Source: Macrostomum hystrix
Lineage: Eukaryota; Animalia; Platyhelminthes
NCBI GenBank assembly: GCA_950097015.1
Contig: CATNEN010000005.1
Span: 3,038,001-3,102,000, forward strand
Length of the DNA: 64,000 bases
Reading direction: 5' to 3'
Below are positions 35,081 through 57,845 of this stretch, one piece after another (the stretch's first letter is position 1; each line of letters begins with the position of its first letter). The position numbers and the translations under genes were made by a program. A model generated the notes under the pieces. It worked only from the letters and a program-made list of their open reading frames with translations, ran no database searches and had not been told where the DNA came from.

Positions 35081-38000
35081 TCAAACAGAGTTTCGCTTCA
35101 TCAGACACGCATACGCATGCAGGCAGCGCATGAGGAAGAGGTACTGCGCCTCGCTGCCCAGCGCCAGGGGACACTGGCGCCTTAGGCCGGCCGCCAGGCG
35201 AAGGAGGTCACACGAGGCCGAGCCTCCGCCGCGTTCAGCCGAATCCGAGAGCCGAGTTCGTCTGGCCGCAAGCAGCAGCAGCGGCAGCAGGCTGGCGGCT
35301 GAGTGGCCGCGGCCAACGGCAGCCGAAGGAGCCGACGATGTCGCAGTCAGGTGCTGATCGGCGCAGGCTCGTGAGAAGCGAACGAATTCGGAGATCGAAG
35401 CTGGAATATCGCCGCCATCTGGACTGGAGTTCAGTCGGCCTGCGAACTGACAGACGCGAAGACGCTTGCTGAGGTTGGTGTCCAAGCAGTGGATAGTTGC
35501 AGTGACCAGGGTGTGACACGGAAAGCTGCTGCGTTCCCAGCCCACCAGATGGAAGCGAGAAGATGATGACGATGGCGTTGACTTAAAAGATGTGTTCTCC
35601 GATGGCGTTGGCGGCGATGCTGTGTGCTCCGACGGCGTTGACGTCGATGCTGTGTGTTCCGACGGCGGTGACGTCGATGCTGTGTGCTCCGACGGCGTTG
35701 ACGTCGATGCTGTGTGTTCCGACGGCGGTGACGTCGATGCTGTGTGCTCCGATGGCGTTGACGTCGATGCTGTGTGCTCCGACGGCGTTGACGTCGATGC
35801 TGTGTGCTCCGATGGCGTTGACGTCGATGTTATGTGCTCCGACGGCGTTGACGTCGATGCTGTGTGCTCCGATGGCGTTGGCAGCGATGTTGTGTGCTCC
35901 GACGGCGTTGACGTCGATGCTGTGTGCTCCGACGGCGTTGACGTCGATGTTGTGTGCTCCGACGGCGTTGACGTTGATGCTGTGTGCTCCGACGGCATTG
36001 ACGTTGATGCTGTGTGCTCCGACGGCATTGACGTTGATGCTGTGTGCTCTGATTGAATAGACCTCGATGTTGAGAGGTTGGCTGGCGATGTATTCACCGA
36101 TGTTAGCTCTAACGGCGAAGTCGATGGTGACGTCAGCTCTGATGCCGAACGCATCTTTGGAACGTACGGCCGGCAGAGTCGATCCACAAAGCCGGGATCC
36201 AAAGACACAACGACTCCGTCGCAGGCCCAAATCAGTTCAAGGATTCGTTCGTCTGTGACGACATTCGGACAAGAGTTGGCCAACACGAAGGCCAGTCCAG
36301 CCTCTGAGAGTGTCATGTCGCCAACGCGGTAAAATGCGCCTGGATCACCGCCAACAGGGTCGCCAAGGCGAGCGAATTGTCGACGAGCCTCGGCTTCGTC
36401 CACGTCGCCGACAGCGCGAAATCGTGTCAAACGCGAGGGCAGAGCACTATCACCATTCTCGTCGCCTTTCGTGCTGCAACTATCGTCTTCATCGTCGTCG
36501 GCATTGTAGGCAAGGTTCAGCCAGCCGATGCTTGATATTCGTGGCTTCGCTGGCAGCGGAGGGCCAACAATCCAGCTGGCTGCGGAAGAATTCGCATCGT
36601 TGCTGTTTCTACTGGCCGCACTCAAGCCCGCCGCGTTTCGTCTTCTTGGCTGTGGCTCGTCACTTCTCGAGTGTCGCTGCTGTCTGTCAGCGTGGGAGCG
36701 CAGCTGCGGCTCTTCCGTTGTGCGCCTGAGTTCAGAGTTATTTGTGATCGTTTTCAAATCGTTTTTATCGTTTTCAAATCATGTGCTGGCACCCTTCAAT
36801 TCACCCACCTCACACCCTAGCTTTCAATACGCACAATTCCTAACCCCCGTCATGCACCCACCTCAAGCCATAGCTCTTCACACACTTAATTCCTACCCCC
36901 CGGCACGCACCCACCTCAAGCCATAGCTCTTCACACACTCAATTCCTAACCCACCGGCACGCACCCACCTCAAGCCATAGCTCTTCACACGCTCAATTCC
37001 TAACCCCGGCACGCACTCACCTCAAGCCATAACTCTTGACACGCTTAATTCCTAACCATCAAGTACGACCTATCTTCACATATTAAGGCTGATGGCTATT
37101 AAAGGCTATTGTAGCTAGGTAAAGACAGAAGACAGTTCTTACGTTGTAGGATACTGCTGAAGTTGAATATACTGCTGCTGCTGTTGCTGCTGTCGCTCTA
37201 GCTCCTTCATCTGGCGCCTTTTGACTAGCAAAACAGCCGCTAGGACAATGCAGCAAATTAAAGCGATAAAAACCATGGCTGACACTATGGCCGCTATCTC
37301 GCCTCCAGCTTGTGTCGAATGAGCGGGGGACGGACAACTGCCGTTGCCATCTACGTCGCAGTCAGCGCGCGCCCAGACAGTGGCATTGAGTCTGGCACAG
37401 TCCTCTAAGCCTTCCAGAGCTTTAATGCTTGCCATTAGGAGAGCGGCTTCGTGGTGGAAAGCCATCCTATTAGCTTGGCTGGGCGGTCGGCCCTTGACCG
37501 AGTGCAAATCCATTTGAATCAGATACACCGAAGCCTTGTTCACACCTCCGCTGCCTGAAATGGCATTTAAAAAAATCCCTCAGTCCTCAAAAAATTGACA
37601 CCCGCCTCACTCTGCCGTCTTCCCTACGCCTGATTTTCATTGGCTGAAATTTTCATTGGCGCCTGTACTAGTTCACCAGCCTCAACTCCTCCGGTTTTCA
37701 TTGGCTGACAGATTTTATTCTATTTCAAATGTACGTATTAGATCAAATGTACATAGGGTTCCACAAATCACCTTGAATAAGTCCGCCACTGACAGCGAGA
37801 CAAGCGATTGTTGATTCTGGTTGAGCTTCCAGCTCCGACTGGCACATCCGCATGCCATGCTGACGTGTCAGATGACTAGCACTGGAATTGATACTTCTCC
37901 ACACGGCTGGCAGATAGTCTATGGCAAATGTGTCTCCGTGAGATGGCGGACAGTCGAATCTGAGTCGAATGCTTCTATCGAGCTCAAAAGTAGCCAATTG

Positions 38001-38099
38001 AGCTCGAATATGAGTTGGCTGGCAGCCAACTAGACAGATGAGCAATAAGCTCAGGGGCACCAGTTTGAGCCATTGTGAAGTTCTGGGCACCATTTTCAT
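35081..38099 (-). CDS. Type I membrane protein: signal peptide, short Cys-containing ectodomain, TM, degenerate (pseudo) protein tyrosine phosphatase domain; exons 38099-37772, 37554-37143, 36725-35081 (possible in-frame intron 36097-35582)
   Basis: Signal MKMVPRTSQWLKLVPLSLLLICLVGC; TM IAAIVSAMVFIALICCIVLAAVLLV followed by KRR; PTP-like remnants LCRPYVP, RVCQF, SAPSAAVGRG and DLLRLAAGLRRQCP...QYLFLMRCL. Junction phases 1/2 are consistent. Confidence 0.72.
35590..36060 (-). repeat. 30-bp repeat encoding (A/T)STSTPSEHT in the pseudo-PTP reading frame
   Basis: About 15 copies of GACGGCGTTGACGTCGATGCTGTGTGCTCC on the + strand. Confidence 0.93.
36800..37065 (+). repeat. About 60-bp repeat CACCCACCTCAAGCCATAGCTCTTCACAC...TTCCTAACC (pseudo-PTP intron 2)
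   Basis: About four copies. Confidence 0.85.
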
Positions 38100-38659
38100 G
38101 CTAAAATCACTCTGGTTTAGACTTCTCTTACAGAACAATTTAAAATTTCGCTGTTTTTGCTCTATATAGCTTTTTTTCCTGGCCAATTTATCTAGAAAAT
38201 GAAAATGCTCACCTTGTGCCATGCATTCGAAGTCAACATGACTTTTGATAAGACTCTCTGCTGCCTAAACTAAAAGGAAGGTCTCATGATAGGATAGCGA
38301 CGCGGTGTGTGGAGCTAAAAAGAAATAAAAAAAGATAAAATGTTAGCTTCAATGCACTTACAGAAACTTTTAATAAATCACCATTCAGATAAGATCTGTA
38401 AAAACTAGAAGAGAGCTGGCTGAACACTTTTACTGAATCCGTTGGAGCAATAAAAAACACTCCTATTAATAGCCATTGCGGGTGAAAATATTTTGACTCA
38501 TTGCGTAACTTGCTCAAGTCCGAGCTTTTATTACATTCGTGTTATAGTTCAAAAGTGCTTTTATTTCCAGTGGCCAGATCTTAGGTCAGGTGGTCAAGGG
38601 CGAAACGGTAGTAACTGAGACACTAGCACTAAAGTCCAAGGTCTCCCCGGCGAGACTTC

Positions 38660-39450
38660 GCGAGATTCGTCTAATTCCTCACGGGGTTCATCTTAATTCC
38701 CCCAGAGATTCGTCTAGTTCCTCATGAGATTATTCTAATTTCTCATGATATTCGTATAATTTCTCATGAGATTCGTCTAATTCCTCATGAGATTCGTCTA
38801 ATTCCTTATGAGATTCTTCTAATTCCTCACGAGATTCGTCCCATTTCTCACGAGATTCGTCTAATTTATCATGAGATTTGTCTAATTCCTCATGAGATTC
38901 GTCTAATTCCTCATGAGATTCGTCTAATTCCTTATGAGATTCTTCTAATTCCTCACGAGATTCGTCCCATTTCTCACGAGATTCGTCTAATTTATCATGA
39001 GATTTGTCTAATTCCTCATGAGATTCGTCTAATTCCTTATGAGATTCTTCTAATTTCTCATGAGATTCGTATAATTGCTCGCGAGATTCTTATAACTCCT
39101 CATGAGATTCGTCTCATTTCTCATGAGATTCGTCTCATTTCTAATGAGATTCGCCTGATTCCTCATGAGAGTCGTCTCATTTCTAATGAGATTCGCCTGA
39201 TTCCTCATGAGATTCGTCTAATTCCTCGTGAGATTCGTACAATTCCTCATGAGATTCGTACAATTCCTCATGAGATTCGTACAATTCCTCATGAGATTCG
39301 TCTAATTTCTCATAAGATTTGTACAATTTCTCATTAGATTCGTCTAATTTCTCACGAGATTCGTCCCATTTTTCACGAGATTCGTATAATTTCTCACGGT
39401 ATTCTTCTTATTCCTCATGAGATTCGTATAATTTCTCACGAGATTCGACT
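38660..39450 (+). repeat. 21-bp minisatellite TCCTCATGAGATTCGTCTAAT
   Basis: Diverged tandem copies between the PPP1R16 3' end and the pseudo-PTP 5' end. Confidence 0.9.
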
Positions 39451-39766
39451 TAATGTAGTAAGAATTGTAGCAATATCAATTTTTAACTAAAAAAACTGTG
39501 ACAGTAAACGCTGACATAAACGCTTGACCCAAGATAACCCCTCGCGATTGGTCTCAGGTAGAAATTTTATGCTGAAATCAAGTCACACTTCATGTTACAT
39601 TTCAAGTGACTACAAAGCGGTGTTAAACGGCCTTAATAAAAATAATTATCTCGTTCATAACATAGTTCTGCATTTCTCAATAGATTCGAATGCTTCTAGT
39701 CAAATTGCTCTGTTTTCTTAGAATTAGCGTTGTCTGACTAATTAGCATAATTAATTTATGCAAGCG

Positions 39767-50493
<10,727 letters not shown>

Positions 50494-50494
50494 G

Positions 50495-50850
50495 ACTGCC
50501 GATCTACTCTGCTGGCTGACTGCCGATCTACTCTGCTGTCTGACTGCCGATCTACTCTGCTGGCTGACTGCCGATCTACTCTGCTGGCTGACTGCCGATC
50601 TACTCTGCTGGCTGACTGCCGATCTACTCTGCTGGCTGACTGCCGATCTACTCTGCTGGCTGACTGCCGATCTACTCTGCTGGCTGACTGCCGATCTACT
50701 CTGCTGGCTGACTACTGATCTACTCTGCTGACTATCTACCAATCTACTCCGCTGACTGTCTACCGATCTACTCTGCTGACTGTCTACCGATCTACCCTGC
50801 TGACTGTCTACCGATCTACTCTGCTGATTGTCTTCTGATCTACGATTTTC
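50495..50850 (-). repeat. 24-bp repeat (SQQSRSAV when read on the - strand) directly upstream of the putative PPP1R16 ATG
   Basis: About 14 copies of TGCCGATCTACTCTGCTGGCTGAC on the + strand. Confidence 0.92.
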
Positions 50851-51119
50851 AGTCTTTGACCAATAGATTTTGTTTGCAATGACCAAAGTCGAGAATTGTC
50901 AGTTCGTGTCATCGCTATTTCAAAGCCATAGTTACAACAGAATCTGGTCTGATTGGCTTGCAATTATTCCGCCTCAGCTATTGGCCAAATTGCTAATGTA
51001 CTTTATTTAATTCCATTGCAGTGAATACGCCAGACAGCTAGCTAATTAAACGAGTGTGAAATGATGCTGGGTAGCAATGACCCAAACTATATCTATGGGG
51101 GGGTATGAAACAGAGAATC

Positions 51120-52160
51120 GTGGGTGTTATGAACCTCAGAATCTGAGGGGTTATGACCCTGAGAATGTAGGGTGTTAAGACCCTGAGAATCTGGGGTGTT
51201 ATGACCCTGAGAATCTGGGGTGTTATGACCCTGAGAATCTGGGGTGTTATGACCCTGAGAATCTGGGGTGTTATGACCCTGAGAATCTGGGGTGTTATGA
51301 CCCTGAGAATCTGGGGTGTTATGACCCTGAGAATGTAGGGTGTTATGACCCTGAGAATGTAGGGTGTTATGACCCTGAGAATCTGGGGTGTTATGACCCT
51401 GAGAATCTGGGGTGTTATGACCCTGAGAATGTAGGGTGTTATGACCCTGAGAATCTGGGGTGTTATGACCCTGAGAATCTGGGGTGTTATGACCCTGAGA
51501 ATCTAGGGTGTTATGACCCTGAGAATCTGGGGTGTTATGACCCTGAGAATCTGGGGTGTTATGACCCTGAGAATCTAGGGTGTTATGGCCCTGAGAATCT
51601 AGGGTGTTATGACCCTGAGAATCTGGGGTGTTATGACCCTGAGAATGTAGGGTGTTATGACCCTGAGAATCTAGGGTGTTATGACCCTGAGAATCTGGGG
51701 TGTTATGACCCTGAGAATCTAGGGTGTTATGACCCTGAGAATGTAGGGTGTTATGACCCTGAGAATCTGGGGTGTTATGACCCTGAGAATGTAGGGTGTT
51801 ATGACCCTGAGAATCTGGGGTGTTATGACCCTGAGAATCTAGGGTGTTATGACCCTGAGAATCTGGGGTGTTATGACCCTGAGAATGTAGGGTGTTATGA
51901 CCCTGAGAATCTGGGGTGTTATGACCCTGAGAATGTAGGGTGTTATGACCCTGAGAATCTGGGGTGTTATGACACTGAGAATCTGGGGTGTCATGACCCT
52001 GAGAATCTAGGGTGTTATGACCCTGAGAATCTGGGGTGTTATGACCCTGAGAATCTGGGGTGTTATGACCCTGAGAATCTAGGGTGTTATGGCCCTGAGA
52101 ATCTGGGGTGTTATGACCCTGAGAATCTGGGGTGTTATGACCCTGAGAATCTAGGGTGTT
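51120..52160 (+). repeat. 24-bp minisatellite GACCCTGAGAATCTGGGGTGTTAT
   Basis: About 42 copies. Confidence 0.96.
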
Positions 52161-52374
52161 TCATCTTGGGTTTAACAACTCATAGTCAAATGTCATACTT
52201 TTTTAGTGCTAAAGAATGAAAATTGTGCATTAACAAGTAAAACCGTATGAACTATTCTACTGGCTTAAAAGTAGTGATTAAAGTAAAATAATTTAGTGAG
52301 CAGACAGTGAAAACCATTTCTCAGAGTGAGGACTGGAAAAGCTAGACTGATGTTAAAACACAAGTTATTCAGCT

Positions 52375-53990
52375 CTCATGAGATCTAAGATACCTTCTCT
52401 CCCTCTCTCTCATGAGATCTCAGATCCCTTCTCTCCGTCTCTAATGAGAGATCTCAGATCCCTCTCTCTCATGAGATCTCAGATCCCTCTCTCTCATGAG
52501 ATCTCAGATCCCTCTCTCTCCGTCTCTAATGAGATCTCAGATCCCTGTCTCTCATGAGATCTCAGATCCCTCTCTCTCATAAGATCTCAGATCCGTCTCT
52601 CTCATGAGTTCTCAGATCCCTCTCTCTCATGAGATCTCAGATCCGTCTCTCTCATGAGATCTCAGATCCGTCTCTCTCATGAGATCTCAGATCCCTCTCT
52701 CTCCGTCTCTAATGAGATCTCAGATCCCTCTCTCTCATGAGATCTCAGATCCCTCTCTCTCATGAGATCTCAGATCCGTCTCTCTCATGAGTTCTCAGAT
52801 CCCTCTTTCTCATGAGATATCAGATCCCTCTCTCTCATGAGATCTCAGATCCCTCTCTCTCATGAGATCTCAGATCCGTCTCTCTCATGAGATATCAGAT
52901 CCCTCTTTCTCATGAGATCTCAGATCCCTCTCTCTCATGAGATCTCAGATCCCTCTCTCTCATGAGATCTCAGATCCCTCTCTCTCACATGAGATCTCAG
53001 ATCCCTCTCTCTCATGAGATCTCAGATCCGTCTCTCTCATGAGATATCAGATCCCTCTTTCTCATGAGATCTCAGATCCCTCTCTCTCATGAGATCTCAG
53101 ATCCCTCTCTCTCATGAGATCTCAGATCCCTCTCTCTCTCATGAGATCTCAGATCCCTCTCTCTCATGAGATCTCAGATCCGTCTCTCTCATGAGATCTC
53201 AGATCCCTCTCTCTCATGAGATCTCAGATCCCTCTCTCTCATGAGATCTCAGATCCCTCTCTCTCATGAGATCTCAGATCCCTCTCTCTCCGTCTCTAAT
53301 GAGATCTCAGATCCCTCTCTCTCATGAGATCTCAGATCCCTCTCTCTCATGAGATCTCAGATCCCTCTCTCTCCGTCTCTAATGAGATCTCAGATCCCTC
53401 TCTCTCATGAGATCTCAGATCCCTGTCTCTCATGAGATCTCAGATCCGTCTCTCTCATGAGTTCTCAGATCCCTCTTTCTCATGAGATATCAGATCCCTC
53501 TCTCTCATGAGATCTCAGATCCCTCTCTCTCATGAGATCTCAGATCCCCCTCTCTCATGAGATCTCAGATCACTCTCTCTCATGAGATCTCAGATCCGTC
53601 TCTCTCATGAGATCTCAGATCCCTCTCTCTCATGAGATCTCAGATCCGTCTCTCTCATGAGATCTCAGATCCGTCTCTCTCATGAGATCTCAGATCTCTC
53701 TCTCTCATGAGATCTCAGATCCCTCTCTCTCATGAGATCTCAGATCCCTCTCTCTCCGTCTCTAATGAGATCTCAGATCCCTGTCTCTCATGAGATCTCA
53801 GATCCCTCTCTCTCATAAGATCTCAGATCCGTCTCTCTCATGAGTTCTCAGATCCCTCTCTCTCATGAGATCTCAGATCCCTCTCTCTCATGAGATCTCA
53901 GATCCCTCTCTCTCATGAGATCTCAGATCCCTCTCTCTCATGAGATCTCAGATCCATTCTCTCTCATGAGATCTCAGATCCATTCTCTGT
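52375..53990 (+). repeat. 25-bp minisatellite CATGAGATCTCAGATCCCTCTCTCT
   Basis: About 62 copies with periodic CCGTCTCTAAT inserts. Confidence 0.96.
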
Positions 53991-54073
53991 CCTCGCTCTT
54001 CAATTCACTTCAAATCTCTTTTTGCTTGTGGGGTGGTGGGTAAGTGACTGTCATCTGTATCTGTGCATTCAGT

Positions 54074-54104
54074 CCAATGCCGCGCAGCCGCGCCCAACCA
54101 ATCA
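54074..54104 (+). promoter_or_regulatory. Two CCAAT boxes 24 bp apart, about 210-235 nt upstream of the mbl ATG
   Basis: CCAAT at 54074-54078 and CCAATCA at 54098-54104 in a GC-rich patch just after the 25-bp array. Confidence 0.35.
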
Positions 54105-54307
54105 CCGACCAAGGCTTCCCTCTTTCAGTATTTTTCCTTGTTCTACTGGAAACCGCTTTTAAAGAGCCACTGGAGAGGCGGCCAGAAAAAAAGGAGAGAA
54201 GAGAGAAGAAGAGGGCAGTCGCTATCGTTTTGAGCCTGAGCTCTGTCAAAGCAGCAGAAAAAGAAGAGTCTGCAACCATACATCAGTAGGCAGAAGAGAA
54301 ATAAAAA

Positions 54308-55664
54308 ATGTCTCTGGTCAATCCAGGCCTACTGCAGTTGGCTAGCATGAAGGACAGTCGCTGGCTAACGCTAGAGGTTTGCCGTGAATTCCAGCGCAGC
54401 AAGTGCTCAAGAACTGAGCTAGATTGCAAGTTTGCTCATCCACCGAGACACGTGGATGTGCAGAATGGTCGAGTCGTGTGTTGCTACGATTACATCAAGG
54501 TTTGTATCGTCTTTACCTAAAGGAAAGGATTTTCGCTCTTCAATAATACAAACTGGGTTTTGTCACTCCCCTGAAGGATCAGTAGTCACTCCCTGAATGA
54601 TTTTTTATCTTCTCAGAAGGATTCGATTTTCAATCACCTGAAGGATCAGTAGTCACTTCCCTGAAGGATCGCTTGTCACTCCCCTGAAGCATCGCTTGTC
54701 ACTTCCCTGAAGCATCGCTGGTCGCTTTCCTAAAGCATCGCTTGCCACTTCCCTGAAGCATCGCTTGTCACTCCCCTGAAGCATCGCTTGTCACTCCCCT
54801 GAAGCATCGCTTGTCACTCCCCTGAAGCATCGCTTGTCACTTCCCTGAAGCGTCGCTTGTCACTCCACTGAAGCATCATCTTGTCACTCCCCTGAAGCAT
54901 CGCTTGTCACTTCCCTGACGTATCGCTTGTCACTCCCCTGAAGCATCGTTAGTCACCTCCCTGAGGCATCGCTTGTCACTTCCCTGAAGCATCGCTTGTC
55001 ACTTCCCTGAGGCATCGCTTGTCACTCCCCTGAGGCATCGCTTGTCACTTCCCTGAGGCATCGCTTGTCACTTCCCTGAGGCATCGCTTTTCACTCCCCT
55101 GAAGCATCGCTTGTCACTCCCCTGAAGCATCGCTTGTCACTCCCCTGAAGCATCGCTTGTCACTCCCCTGAAGCATCGCTTGTCACTTCCCTGACGTATC
55201 GCTTGTCACTCCCCTGAAGCATCGCTTGTCACTTCCCTGAAGCATCGCTTGTCATTTCCCTGAAGCATCGCTTGTCACTTCCCTGAAGCATCGCTTGTCA
55301 TTTCCCTGAAGCATCGCTTGTCACTTCCCTGAAGCATCGCTTGTCATTTCCCTGAAGCATCGCTTGTCACTGCCCTGAAGCATCGCTTGTCACTTCCCTG
55401 AAGCATCGCTTGTCACTTCCCTGAAGCATCGTTAGTCACCTCCCTGAAGGATAGGCTAATTAGTATTTAATGTTATTTTCCACGCCTCCAAAACAGGGCA
55501 AGTGCCAACGCCAGGAGCCGCCCTGCAAGTACCTTCACCCGCCGCAGCATCTGAGGGAGCAGCTAATTCAGAACGGTCGAAACAATCTGATTATTAAGAA
55601 TATTCACATGCAGATGCTTTCTCAGACCTTGGCTGCCACGGGACAATTTCTGCCACTAACAGCG
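54308..55664 (+). CDS. mbl: Muscleblind, first two coding exons (54308-54499, 55497-55664) encoding the CCCH zinc-finger pair; the gene continues beyond the window
   Basis: KDSRWLTLEVCREFQRSKCSR...CKFAHPP...NGRVVCCYDYIK|GKCQRQEPPCKYLHPPQHLREQLIQNGRNNL is the conserved MBNL N-terminus. Both donors are phase 0. Confidence 0.96.
54560..55450 (+). repeat. 23-bp minisatellite CTGAAGCATCGCTTGTCACT(C/T)CC (mbl intron 1)
   Basis: About 35-38 copies filling the intron. Confidence 0.95.
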
Positions 55665-55849
55665 GTGAGTTCTTCATTGGCCACGGAGGCGTGATGTCAA
55701 CCGGTTGATTGAGGATTTTTATAAAACGGAAGCTATAATGCGCTTATTTAATTCGCAATCAATTTTTTGAAGACTTCAGCAGTTCATTCAGATCGGTGCA
55801 TGACAAGGCCTGAGCATTTAGGAATTAATTTATTCTGAGAAAAGCTACA

Positions 55850-56665
55850 CACTTTACTCTCTTGATCTACTCTTCCATATCCGTACTCTACTCTCTGTAT
55901 CTACTCTACTATCTACCCACTCTACTTTCTGTATCTACTCTACTATCTACCCACTATACTCTTTGTATCTACTCTACCATCTGCCCACTCTACTTTCTGA
56001 ATCTACTCTACCATCTGCCCACTCTACTCTCTGTATCTACTCTACCATCTGCCCACTCTACTTTCTGTATCTACTCTACCATCTATCCACTCTACTTTCT
56101 GTATCTACTCTACTATCTACCCACTCTACTCTTTGTATCTACTCTACCATCTGCCCACTCTACTCTCTGTATCTACTCTACTATCTACCCACTCTACTTT
56201 CTGTATCTACTCCACTATCTACCCACTCTACTCTTTGTATCTACTATACCATCTGCCCACTCTACTTTCTGTATCTTCTCTAACATCTATCCACTCTACT
56301 TTCTGTATCTACTCTACCATCTATCCACTCTACTTTCTGTATCTACTCTACTATCTACCCACTCTACTCTTTGTATCTACTCTACCATCTGCCCACTCTA
56401 CTCTCTGTATCTACTCTACTATCTACCCACTCTACTTTCTGTATCTACTCCACTATCTACCCACTCTACTCTCTGCATCTACTCTACCATCTGCCCACTC
56501 TACTTTCTGTATCTACTCTACCATCTATCCACTCTACTTTCTGTATCTACTCTACTATCTACCCACTATACTCTTTGTATCTACTCTACCACCTCCCCAC
56601 TCTACTCTCTGTATTTTCTCAACCATCTGCTTACTCTACTCTCTGTATCTACTCTACCCTCTCCC
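55850..56665 (+). repeat. 34-bp CT-rich minisatellite GTATCTACTCTACTATCTACCCACTCTACTCTTT (mbl intron 2)
   Basis: About 24 copies with no AG dinucleotide. Confidence 0.92.
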
Positions 56666-57264
56666 CATTCCCCACTCCCCACAATGGCTTCCATGGGACA
56701 ATTTCTGCCACTAGCAGCGGTGAGTTCAACATAGGCCACTGAGGCGTGATTTGAGCTGGTTTCTTGAGCATTTTTCAAGAATAAAAAAGATCAGCAGCAA
56801 TAACAATTTAAATCAGTGTTTTTTTTGTTTTTTTTGAATTCGCAATTAATTTCTTTGAAGACTAGGCAGTATATTCGGAAGGGTGTATGACAACACGTTA
56901 GCATTTCGGGATTAATTTATTTGGAAAAAATTCTTACCGACCAACAATCTGTTTGTTTAAAATTTATACTTATCCCGCATTTTTCCTATTCACTCGATTT
57001 TTTTTGTCGTAGAAGCTGTTCTGAATCATGCAGGCAGTTTTATTGTCTGGTTACCTAGTGGCAACACACCTGCCTGAATTGCTGCTTCCCGTATCAAGGA
57101 CCTTTTTTTATTCTTTGTTACTCTAAAAATCTGCTGTATATATTAATCTGGCTCCTTATTGATGCAGGAAATTTGTATCTAAAAAGATTCAGAATGCGTT
57201 TATAATGTCTCCGGAGTTGTTATATAGTCCAATCAAAATCTCGAATTAGAAATTTTTCCGATTA

Positions 57265-57845
57265 GATTCAGGAAAGATTCAGAGTAAACTCAGGGAAGAG
57301 TCGGGATAGATTCCGAGTAGATTCGGTTAGATTCAGGAAGGATTCAGGTAATATTCAGGATAGATTCAGGAACGATTCAGGTAATATTCATGATAGATTC
57401 AGGAAGGATTCAGGTAATATTCAGGATAGATTCAGGAAGGATTCAGGTAATATTCATGATAGATTCAGGAAGGATTCAGGTAATATTCAGGATAAATTCA
57501 GGAAGGATTCAGGTAATATTCAGGATAGATTCAGGAAGGATTCAGGTAATATTCATGATAGATTCAGGAAGGATTCATGTAATATTCAGGATAGATTCAG
57601 GAACGATTCAGGTAATATTCATGATAGATTCAGGAAGGATTCAGGTAATATTCAGGATAGATTCAGGAAGGATTCAGGTAATATTCAGGATAGATTCAGG
57701 AAGGATTCAGGTAATATTCAGGATAGATTCAGGAAGGATTCAGGTAATATTCAGGATAGATTCAGGAAGGATTCGGGTAATATTCAGGATAGATTCTGTG
57801 TAGATTTGGGAAATATTCAGGTATAATACTCAGGGTAGATTCAGG
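57265..57845 (+). repeat. 33-bp minisatellite AGGAAGGATTCAGGTAATATTCAGGATAGATTC
   Basis: About 14 clean copies plus degenerate edges. Confidence 0.93.

Noticed and set aside
36162-36167. Alternative donor CC|GTACGT in the pseudo-PTP gene
   Set aside because: Its phase 2 does not match the 35582 acceptor, and using it would cut the CRPYVP motif that corresponds to the PTP CxxYWP motif.
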